Shown here one piece after another: positions 38,086-45,906 of a DNA stretch of 45,906 nucleotides. Numbering within the stretch: the first letter of the stretch is position 1; each line of letters starts with the position of its first letter. The stretch lies in sequence record DRR723986_623; one strand, 5' to 3'. The translations under genes and the position numbers were made by a program. The notes below the pieces were generated by a model. That model saw only the letters and a list, made by a program, of their open reading frames with translations. It ran no database searches and was not told where the DNA came from.

Positions 38086-39120
38086 TTGACAAAAATTGGT
38101 TTAAGTACCTCCGGGCTATGGAAGCAGCGGCATGCGGTTGAACTCTTGGTTGGTCATAAACCAAGCCGTTCTTCGACGTCTAGCCAAGGCTTAGACGCCA
38201 TTGCCGGTTGGGGGCACAAGCCGACAGCGCAGCGTGCTCGAGACATGGCGGCTAAACATCATCTTCCTTACTTAGCTTTCGAGGACGGATTTTTGAGATC
38301 CGTCAGACCTGGCAACCAGGAAAAGCCGATCTCCCTGGTCCTTGATCGAACAGGTATCTATTACGATGCCCGCCAGCCAAGTGATCTGGAGTGTTTTGTT
38401 CGCCGACGTTTTGAGAAGCCCATGCGGACGCAAGAGATCCACGATGCCATCGACTTGATCCGGTCCAAGCGGCTCTCGAAATACAACAGTTTCGATTTCT
38501 CGGACATTTCAAAGCTTTGTTTGCAATCTTCCGACCGGAGGGATCGGGTACTTGTTATTGATCAAACCGTCGGCGACGCGTCGATACCGGGGGCATTTGC
38601 AAAAGATGAAACCTTCCGCCAGATGCTGCAAGTCGCCATTCAGGAGAATCGCGACGCAGAGATCCTGATCAAGGTTCACCCGGAAACAATGATTGGGCGC
38701 AAGGCAGGGCATTTCACGCCTGAAGTCCTCCAGGCTCTCGCGCAAGTGGATGAGAATTGCGCCAAGGCCCTGACTGAAGGTCGGTTGCGTTTAACACCGG
38801 AAGCGATCAATCCCTGGCCGCTTCTGGAGGCCTGTGCCAAGGTCTATTGCGTATCCAGTCAACTGGGGTTCGAAGCTATTCTTGCTGGCTGTGAGGTCCA
38901 CACTTTCGGTGTTCCATTTTATGGAGGCTGGGGCTTAACCGTTGAGCGAAACCCGGTGAAATTGAAACGTCGTCACCCGGTTTCCCTGGAAGCAGTCTTT
39001 GCTGCACTTTATTTCGACTACAGCCATTACCTGGAACACGATCCTGTTCGGGAGATTTCCTTTGAAGAGGCGGTTCACCAACTGGAAGAACGAATCCGAC
39101 TTGCACGTACTGAGGCCTGA
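38086..39120 (+). CDS. kpsC: Single-domain KpsC-like beta-Kdo transferase (capsule linker synthesis)
   Basis: GWGHK, EDGFLRS, GIYYDA, SKYN, DQTVGD, KVHP, SSQLGFEA and PFYGGWGLT motifs; 344 aa, TTG start. Confidence 0.8.
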   Translation: MTKIGLSTSGLWKQRHAVELLVGHKPSRSSTSSQGLDAIAGWGHKPTAQRARDMAAKHHLPYLAFEDGFLRSVRPGNQEKPISLVLDRTGIYYDARQPSDLECFVRRRFEKPMRTQEIHDAIDLIRSKRLSKYNSFDFSDISKLCLQSSDRRDRVLVIDQTVGDASIPGAFAKDETFRQMLQVAIQENRDAEILIKVHPETMIGRKAGHFTPEVLQALAQVDENCAKALTEGRLRLTPEAINPWPLLEACAKVYCVSSQLGFEAILAGCEVHTFGVPFYGGWGLTVERNPVKLKRRHPVSLEAVFAALYFDYSHYLEHDPVREISFEEAVHQLEERIRLARTEA

Positions 39121-39559
39121 GACTCAATCGCGCTCAAGAGTTCCGGAATGCAAAGTTAGAGAGAGGTTTCACACATAGCATTGTCAGCGGCTGAAAAAGT
39201 TGCCTTCAGGAGCCAAGTTTTACGCGGGTGTAGACGAGCAGCTTGTGGAATGTGGTTAGAATTGAATGGCTTGTTGAGGCACTAGAGCGGAGCATTTGAT
39301 TAAATAGATCTCTGCATTGTAAGGGTCGGTTCCTAACATATATTATTTAATTCGTAATTTTTGCAATGAGAAGATCTGCAAGATTAATAGTTTTTGCAAT
39401 TATATGACGTTTTTCGGTTGTTTATCAGCTAAAATTCATTAGTTCCCTTAAGTAAGAATTCACGAAAAACGAAATAGGCTTTGGCAATGTTGGCTGGCTC
39501 AATGCGTGGGGGCCGGATTGCGGGTGCGATGATGTCTGTCGCCAAAGAGAGCCGAACTT

Positions 39560-41155
39560 ATGACCATACGTCTCTGGTTGATCGTTCTTTCGTTGATTTC
39601 AAACGTTCTTGCCCTTGCCTTGCCACTCGCGCTTATTCAGGTTTACGACCGAATTCTCGCAAATCAGGCGGTTGGAACTGCCTTTGTCATTTTTTCCGCC
39701 GTTGCACTGGCCATCTTGCTGGATGGTTTGGTGAAATATGCGCGCGCTTCAATCCTGGGGCGGCTTGCGGCGCAGGCGGAATATGAGCTGTCGTTCAAGA
39801 CGGCCGAGAAGCTGCTCTCCATTGACGCAAACAGGCTCGGGCAGTTCAGCCCCGGGCGCATTCGCGAGCTGTTTACGGCCATCAACAGGTCCAACGATAT
39901 CTTGATAGGGCAATCGACGCTTGCCGTGTTCGATGCGCCCTTCGCGATCACCTTTCTCGTCCTGGTTTGGTTCCTGGGCGGGCCCACCGTGTTCGGGCCG
40001 TTGGCGGTGGTCGTTGTCTTTGGCGCTCTGGCACTGTTTTCCGCCTACAGGCAGGCAAAGGCAGGCAAGGCCTTGTTCGAGGCCTCGGCCGATGAAGCTT
40101 CACTTATCATGAATTGCCGCGAACACATTGATCGGCTTATCGCACGCGGGAAGCTGGGTGAGTTTGCCGGCAAGTTGCGCTTGCACGAGAAACGAAAGGC
40201 GGCAGCCCAGGAGACTTCGGAAAGCAGCCTTGCAGCCTCGCTCAACCTCAGGCAGACCGGCGGTCTGGCGACAACGGTTCTGGTGCTGGGTGTCGGTGCA
40301 ATGGTCGTGCTTGCCGGTGACATGACGACCGGGGGGCTGGCAGCCTGTCTCATCCTCGGGCAAAGGGGTGTTGCCGGTCTTCTTGGTCTTGTGAATGCCT
40401 TTGCCCGGCACCGGGTTTCCGCATCCGCGTTCAAAACCATCCAGGACCTTCTTGCGTTGCCTTCTGCCTACTCTCTTCGGGGCACAGCAGTGGAAAGTGA
40501 AGGGAATATTGGTCTGCGATTTGAAGTCGAGGGTTGCCGTGTTGTCTGCGAACCCGGACAGTGCCTTGTCGTTCGTCCTTCGAATGGGCAGCAGGCTGCG
40601 GCAGTCTTTGGCCAACTGGTACATGCACTGTCGGAAAATGACGCAGAGGGCACCGGCCCGCTAAAGAGGGCCGAGATTTTCGCGGCAGACGGAAAGTCTG
40701 TCTCTGCACTTAAGTGCCGCGTGTCCGTTTGCGATGAAGGGCTCACCGTCTTCAACGGAACGCTGCTGGAAAACATGACGGCCTTTGACAGCGAGGCGAC
40801 CGGGCGAGCCGTGTGGTTGTCCGAGCAGCTCGGTCTGGCCGACGCGATCGGACGACTGCGCGACGGGCTGGAAACGCGTTTGTCTCCCGGTCTTGGTGTA
40901 CCGCTGTCAGATGGGCACCTGAAGCGTCTCATGCTGGTTCGAGCTCTGGCAGGTGAACCTCAAGTCCTGTTGCTGAAATCTCCCTCCCTTTTTCTCGACG
41001 CGCGCGGCATTGATCAGCTGACCGGTCTTTTGACGGTCCTTGAAGGCAAGGTCACGACCATTGTGTTCGACAACGCCGGAGGGTTGGTCGAGCAGTTCGA
41101 AAACTGCGTGGATCTTCCCGTCCCACAAGTGCCGATGACGGAAGCCGCCGCATGA
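39560..41155 (+). CDS. Type I secretion ABC protein 1: TMD plus NBD lacking Walker A/B
   Basis: NVLALALPLALIQVYDRIL, FDAPF and MTTGGLAAC; NBD retains FNGTLLENM, GLETRL and LSDGH. Confidence 0.85.
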   Translation: MTIRLWLIVLSLISNVLALALPLALIQVYDRILANQAVGTAFVIFSAVALAILLDGLVKYARASILGRLAAQAEYELSFKTAEKLLSIDANRLGQFSPGRIRELFTAINRSNDILIGQSTLAVFDAPFAITFLVLVWFLGGPTVFGPLAVVVVFGALALFSAYRQAKAGKALFEASADEASLIMNCREHIDRLIARGKLGEFAGKLRLHEKRKAAAQETSESSLAASLNLRQTGGLATTVLVLGVGAMVVLAGDMTTGGLAACLILGQRGVAGLLGLVNAFARHRVSASAFKTIQDLLALPSAYSLRGTAVESEGNIGLRFEVEGCRVVCEPGQCLVVRPSNGQQAAAVFGQLVHALSENDAEGTGPLKRAEIFAADGKSVSALKCRVSVCDEGLTVFNGTLLENMTAFDSEATGRAVWLSEQLGLADAIGRLRDGLETRLSPGLGVPLSDGHLKRLMLVRALAGEPQVLLLKSPSLFLDARGIDQLTGLLTVLEGKVTTIVFDNAGGLVEQFENCVDLPVPQVPMTEAAA

Positions 41156-43155
41156 ATGTTCAGTCCAAAATGTCGGGGAGTTCCTCAAAGACTGCCGGAT
41201 GGTCGAGCGACGATCCGGTTCAACGCACGGATCTTGAAAACGTCCTGCTGGCCGTTCTGACCGAACTCGGCTGGCGCCGCTCCAGCGAAGTTCTGGGCGC
41301 GGCGATGTCACATGAAACCGGGCTGCAGTCGCTCGATGACGCCGCGATGGTGCTTGATCTTATCGATATCGGCGCCAGCGTTGAAGCGAAGCTGCCCGCC
41401 GCATGGTTGAGCGGACTGGACGGTGCCCTTGTCGTAAAGGACAGGGACGGAGTGCATGCGCTCGTCCGGGAGGACACACGCGAATTCTCGACATCTTCCG
41501 CAGGCCTCGACCGCGATCAGGTTCGCCGCCGCATAAGGAACGCCGGCAAGCTGCTTTTTGTTCATAACCCGGAACACTCCGTCGCGACGATCCATGCCAT
41601 TTCGGTGCGCGCGCGGATGCGCAGGGTCGCCATGACGGCGCTGCTTCTGTCGCTCGTGCTCAATGTGCTTGCGCTGTTCATCCCATTCTTTTCGATGGCG
41701 ATTTTCGACCGGGTTCTGGGGGCACAAGCCTCGGAGAGCCTGGTCCCGCTGCTTTCTGGCGCAGGTGTCGTACTTTTTGCCATTGTGATTTTGCGGAGTA
41801 TGCGGGCGAGAATACTTGCGGCTGAATATGCGCGTCTGGTCGCGGTAATCCGCCTGATGTCGTTGTCGCGTATTTTGCGCCTGCCTCACGCAATCCGGCA
41901 CAAGTTGGGTTTCGATCGGCTGCAAGGCAGGTTGCAAACGACGTCGATGGGAGCAGAGGCCTTTGCATCTCAGAACACACCCGCAATCTTTGATGCCCCG
42001 TTTGTGCCGCTGTCGATTTTTGCGATTGCTTTTGTCGGCGGCTGGATGGCCATAGTGCCGGCAATTTATCTGACGCTGTTTTTCGCCTTGAGCTGGATCC
42101 TGAGCGAAACCAGGCAGAGCCTGGACCCGCAGCTTGAAAATGCAAATCAGAAGCGCGTTGAGGCCCTGACAGAGCTGAGTGCGAAGGCCGCGGTAATCCG
42201 GAACATCGATCATGGAAGGTCCTGGTTCACCAAGTTTGTATCCCTTGCCCGGCAGGCGGCTTTCGTGAAGCACCGACAGGCGCAGCGATCTGCTGCCCTG
42301 CAGTCTCTTGCCTATGTTCTTGGAACGGGCGCAGCCCTGACAACGCTTTGCATCGGTATAGCCCTTGCGATGAACGGCACGATCACGGCAGGCGCGCTCA
42401 TCGGAACAATGTTGCTGACCTGGCGCGTCACAGGGCCTTCCCAGGCCTTTTTCCTGGCTATTCCGCGGTTGAAGGCGATCCGTCAGGCAATTTCGGGGCT
42501 CGAGCAGTCATTTTCCTGGGGAACGCCGCAGGCACAGCCTGCGTCGCTTGAAAGGCTGGAGCAAGGCCCGCCGGAAGTCAGCGGGAAGGGCCTTTACCTG
42601 AAGTTCGACCAGAGTTCGGAGCCGGCCCTGACAGGCGTTTCGTTCAATTGTGCTCCTGGAACTCTCACGATTGTCATGGGGCCGAACGGCGCTGGAAAGT
42701 CGACACTTCTCAAAGTGATTTCCGGGCTTGTTCCTGCCCAGTCAGGGCGCTTGTCAATCAATGGTCGCTCGGTAAGCCAGTATGATCCAGACGACCTGGC
42801 GCGATCCACCTGCCTTCTTCGGATCGGCGATTATCACGGCGAAACAGATGAACAGGCCTTTGTGCAGCTGAGGGAAGAATGGCACTCGACTGCAGACGAT
42901 GATGCAGCGGCAAATTGCGGGTTCATACTGCTGGACGACAGCACCGGCGCAGCAACTGCGCAAAGCCGGAAGCAACTTCAAGAATTCCTGAAAGCAGCCA
43001 GGGGCAAGGCAACGATCTTCCTTGCGACGCACGACACAGCCCTGGCCGAACTCGCGGACAACGCACTTATTCTGGACGATGGCGGCATGGCCTATTTCGG
43101 TCCTGTGAAGCCCGCCAGTCAACCAATCGATCCGCCGGAGGACGTCAGCCGATGA
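41152..43155 (+). CDS. Type I secretion ABC protein 2: C39-like N-domain, TMD, NBD with Walker A but no signature motif
   Basis: PFFSMAIFDRVL, FDAPF, GALIG, GPNGAGKST, ILLDD and ATHD motifs. Confidence 0.85.
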   Translation: MNVQSKMSGSSSKTAGWSSDDPVQRTDLENVLLAVLTELGWRRSSEVLGAAMSHETGLQSLDDAAMVLDLIDIGASVEAKLPAAWLSGLDGALVVKDRDGVHALVREDTREFSTSSAGLDRDQVRRRIRNAGKLLFVHNPEHSVATIHAISVRARMRRVAMTALLLSLVLNVLALFIPFFSMAIFDRVLGAQASESLVPLLSGAGVVLFAIVILRSMRARILAAEYARLVAVIRLMSLSRILRLPHAIRHKLGFDRLQGRLQTTSMGAEAFASQNTPAIFDAPFVPLSIFAIAFVGGWMAIVPAIYLTLFFALSWILSETRQSLDPQLENANQKRVEALTELSAKAAVIRNIDHGRSWFTKFVSLARQAAFVKHRQAQRSAALQSLAYVLGTGAALTTLCIGIALAMNGTITAGALIGTMLLTWRVTGPSQAFFLAIPRLKAIRQAISGLEQSFSWGTPQAQPASLERLEQGPPEVSGKGLYLKFDQSSEPALTGVSFNCAPGTLTIVMGPNGAGKSTLLKVISGLVPAQSGRLSINGRSVSQYDPDDLARSTCLLRIGDYHGETDEQAFVQLREEWHSTADDDAAANCGFILLDDSTGAATAQSRKQLQEFLKAARGKATIFLATHDTALAELADNALILDDGGMAYFGPVKPASQPIDPPEDVSR

Positions 43156-44525
43156 AAGCGACCCATCTGGATAGTCAGTTTGAACTGAATGACGGCAAGG
43201 CGGTCAGGCTGACCAACATGGCTGCAGCCGTGATCGGCATCTGCCTGGTGCTGTTCATTGCGTGGGCCGTTGCGACGCCTGTTGATGAAGTTGCCAAGGC
43301 GCGGGGCGTAATCGAACCGGTCAGCGAAGTGCAGCGCCTGCAGAGCGAGCACGGTGGAGCGTTGGCAACGCTGGTTGTGCGCAAGGGCGGGACGGTCGCA
43401 AAGGGCGACGTCATCGCGATATTCGATAATAGCGAGTTGAAGTCGGAGCTCCGTGAAGCGCAGACAAAATCACTCGCGCTGACGCTAGAGCGTGAGCGGC
43501 TGCTGGCGATCGTGGAAACAAGAACCCCCGAGTTCCAGAAAGCTGCCGGTCCCTTCACGGCACCGCCGGATCTTATTGCGGTCAAGAACGGGACGGCCAC
43601 GGCCCCTTCAACAAACCAGCGAACTGTTGAGGAACTCATCAACCGGGAAATGGCCGCCTTTGAGGCGAGGGTTGCCTTCCTGTCCAATGAAAGAGACGTC
43701 ATCAACCGCCAGATAGCCGAAAAGGCGGCAGATGTCTGGGCAATCGATTCCGAACAACCGGCGATCGAGCGGCAACTCACCGTTGCCCGGGAGGAAACAG
43801 AAAGCCTGCGAGACCTGGTAGACCGAGGGCTCGCCGCACGTCCTCAGCTGGTTGCTGCCGTGCAGGAAGAGGCGAGATATGAGTATGAGCTTTCGACCCT
43901 TTCCGGGCGGCGCGCCGTTGCTGAAGCGCAGATTTCGGAGCTGCAGGAAAACCTCGAACGCGTCGGATTGAACGAGGCCTCCGAAGCGCGCCAGCGGATT
44001 GCTGAAATCCATACGGAACGCAGTGCGCTGGACGAACAAATGCAGCGGATCCAGAGGCGCTTGTGGTCGACAGAACTGCGCAGCCCGGTGGACGGATTTG
44101 TGCAATCGGTTCCCGAGACCATTGTCGGCCGGGTGATCGAACCTGGCGGGCTTGTGGCTGAAATCGTTCCACGGGACGTGGACTTGCGCTTCACGGCACA
44201 GTTGCCCCCTCGGGATGTCGGTTTTGTTTCCATAGGTCAGCCTGCCAAACTCAAGGTCGATTCCTTCGATTTCAGTCGCTACGGCTCTCTGACCGGGAAG
44301 GTGGTCGAGGTTTCGCCAACAACGATCGTTGATGAGCGCGGAACCGCCTACTACGAAGTTCTGGTGTCCGTCCCCGTTACCCATTTTGGTGATGATCCGG
44401 GTCGCTATTCGCTTCTGCCGGGCATGACCGGTGAGGCGGATATCCTGACAGGCAAGAAGACAGTCTTCGAATACATCTGGAAGCCGATCTATACGAACCT
44501 GGATCTGGCGCTGAGCGAGCGGTAG
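43152..44525 (+). CDS. HlyD-family type I secretion membrane fusion protein
   Basis: AWA...VDEVAKARG, LRSPVDG, DVGFV..GQ, FDFSRYG and PGMTGEADI.TG motifs; ATGA coupling. Confidence 0.93.
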   Translation: MKATHLDSQFELNDGKAVRLTNMAAAVIGICLVLFIAWAVATPVDEVAKARGVIEPVSEVQRLQSEHGGALATLVVRKGGTVAKGDVIAIFDNSELKSELREAQTKSLALTLERERLLAIVETRTPEFQKAAGPFTAPPDLIAVKNGTATAPSTNQRTVEELINREMAAFEARVAFLSNERDVINRQIAEKAADVWAIDSEQPAIERQLTVAREETESLRDLVDRGLAARPQLVAAVQEEARYEYELSTLSGRRAVAEAQISELQENLERVGLNEASEARQRIAEIHTERSALDEQMQRIQRRLWSTELRSPVDGFVQSVPETIVGRVIEPGGLVAEIVPRDVDLRFTAQLPPRDVGFVSIGQPAKLKVDSFDFSRYGSLTGKVVEVSPTTIVDERGTAYYEVLVSVPVTHFGDDPGRYSLLPGMTGEADILTGKKTVFEYIWKPIYTNLDLALSER

Positions 44526-44535
44526 GAGCACCGTG

Positions 44536-45906
44536 ATGGCCGATCAACCGGACAAAAAATCCACTTCGCAGGATCAGGGTAGCACGCCGGAGGAGATCAA
44601 GGACTCCAGGAAGATCCAGCCAGAAGAAGTTTTTGGATGGACGCCAACCTCGGAAGGAGAGGACACGCCCTCCGCCGAAACGCAGTCGCCGGAGAATGAG
44701 GAGGAAGGGCGTCCAACGTTAAGCGATGACACGATGAACAGTCCGTCGCCGCGTGATGCTCCGGCCGGTGCATCAGGTCAGGCTCACAGCGTTGCGCCTG
44801 CCACGCCAGCCGCCTGGCAACAGGCTGCACCAAGGAGTACCTACCAGGGTGAACATGCGGCGCCCGCGTCAGGTCATCAAACCGATCTCCATCAGTCGCC
44901 GGGCGTGGCCCAACCCGGCTTTTCGGTGGGGGCGCCAGACGCCCCTCAAACGCTGCCACACTCTCATCCTTCGGTGGATGTTTCAGCTCTGCCGGACGCT
45001 CCTGTAAGGCCTCTTCCACCAGTCGGAACACAACCTCCTGCGGGCACACAACCACCTGGCGGAACACAGCCGCCGGCAGGAACTCAACCTCCCGGCGGAA
45101 CGCAGCAGCCCTCCGTGTTGCTCACTGGGGTGCATACGTTCACTGGCGGTGCACATCCGCCGGCGACCACCCAGCAAACTCCTGCCCAGATCGTGGCTCA
45201 GACACCATCTCAGACTTCTGCACAGATCGGTGGCGTTGATACGACAACCGTTACAGAAGACAGGAACGTTTTTGCGGGGGAGCTCTCAGCAGGTGGCAAG
45301 TTACAGATCACCGACCCGGATCCCGGGCAGGATCATTTCATCGCGGTATCCGGTATCGCAGGGACAGGTAGCTACGGTCGCTTCGAGATTCACCCAGATG
45401 GCCAATGGACCTACATTGCGGACAACAGTCAGGCAGTGGTCCAGGGGCTTAAGCCCGGCGACAGTCTGACAGACAGATTCACGGTTCACAGTGCGGATGG
45501 CACAACGCACGAATTGCGTGTGGTGATCGGTGGCACAAACGATCGGCCTGTCCTGAGCGCCGCGACGGCTGCTGCGACCGAGGATGGGCGTGTCGCCACA
45601 GGGCAGATGTTGGCCACGGACGTGGACAAAGGGGACACGAGGGCCTTTAGCATCGGCCAGCCGGTCGATGGCTTGACGATGAATAAAGATGGTTCATGGA
45701 GCTTTGATCCAGGCCATACAGCCTATCAGCATTTGGCGGCAGGCCAGACCGAGCAGATCACCGTTCCAGTTACTGTCACCGATAGTAGCGGTGCCACCGA
45801 CACGCAAAATCTCGTCATAACAGTGACGGGCACCAATGACGGCGCGCGGATCGGTGGAACGGTCGTCGGTACGGTTACGGAAGATACGCAGCTCACCACG
45901 GGCGGC
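44536..45906 (+). CDS. Large VCBS/cadherin-like repeat protein (probable T1SS-secreted adhesin), runs off the window
   Basis: Not in the ORF track. AGGAG RBS; MADQPDKK..., ~230-aa Pro/Gln/acidic N-terminus, then TEDRN...GKLQITDPD...GQWTY...FTVHSADGT...GTND and ATED...TDVD...GSWSF...TGTNDGA.IGG repeats. Confidence 0.88.
   Translation, partial: MADQPDKKSTSQDQGSTPEEIKDSRKIQPEEVFGWTPTSEGEDTPSAETQSPENEEEGRPTLSDDTMNSPSPRDAPAGASGQAHSVAPATPAAWQQAAPRSTYQGEHAAPASGHQTDLHQSPGVAQPGFSVGAPDAPQTLPHSHPSVDVSALPDAPVRPLPPVGTQPPAGTQPPGGTQPPAGTQPPGGTQQPSVLLTGVHTFTGGAHPPATTQQTPAQIVAQTPSQTSAQIGGVDTTTVTEDRNVFAGELSAGGKLQITDPDPGQDHFIAVSGIAGTGSYGRFEIHPDGQWTYIADNSQAVVQGLKPGDSLTDRFTVHSADGTTHELRVVIGGTNDRPVLSAATAAATEDGRVATGQMLATDVDKGDTRAFSIGQPVDGLTMNKDGSWSFDPGHTAYQHLAAGQTEQITVPVTVTDSSGATDTQNLVITVTGTNDGARIGGTVVGTVTEDTQLTTGG
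45025..45114 (+). repeat. Five 18-bp coding tandem repeats (GTQPP[A/G])
   Basis: ggaacacaacctcctgcg / ggcacacaaccacctggc / ggaacacagccgccggca / ggaactcaacctcccggc / ggaacgcagcagccctcc. Confidence 0.85.

Noticed and set aside
39481-39497. TTGGCA as a sigma54 -24 box
   Set aside because: No TTGC at the required -12 spacing
45025-45114. Repeats here and in the cbiX tail as a CRISPR array
   Set aside because: In-frame coding repeats with no spacers and no cas genes
1-45906. tRNA, rRNA, IS, integrase or prophage genes
   Set aside because: None recognisable by eye

Overview
Alphaproteobacterial chromosome window; gene content and style suggest Stappiaceae (Roseibium/Labrenzia-like), which is inference. 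Left to right: (1) the end of a Wzy-type exopolysaccharide locus (ExoQ-like polymerase/ligase, GH5 glycanase, GT4, WcaF-like acetyltransferase, WecB/TagA/CpsF transferase); (2) a cobalamin corrin-ring cluster (cobK, cbiD, cobA, cobB, an extra SAM methyltransferase, cobM, cbiG-cobJ fusion, cobI, cobL, a small orphan ORF, cobH, His/Cys-rich cbiX, a small His-motif membrane protein) with a ~190-nt leader resembling a non-canonical cobalamin riboswitch; (3) a DUF2946-like RAPP leader peptide plus a PepSY-TM gene, a c-heme sensor/PP2C phosphatase, a GcvR-like ACT protein, a DUF1905-like protein and a YegD-like Hsp70; (4) an ABC-dependent capsule locus (kpsM, kpsT, kpsE ... single-domain kpsC) enclosing an AT-rich block of unusual multidomain glycosyltransferases and a coiled-coil methyltransferase; (5) a type I secretion operon whose two ABC proteins have complementary degenerate ATPase domains, an HlyD adaptor and the start of a large VCBS-repeat protein. 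Most striking: the split/complementary NBD pair, the variant cob leader RNA, the RAPP peptide with an anti-SD element, and the GT2-GT2-propeller-TPR capsule enzyme. All calls come from motif recognition by eye; no searches were run.
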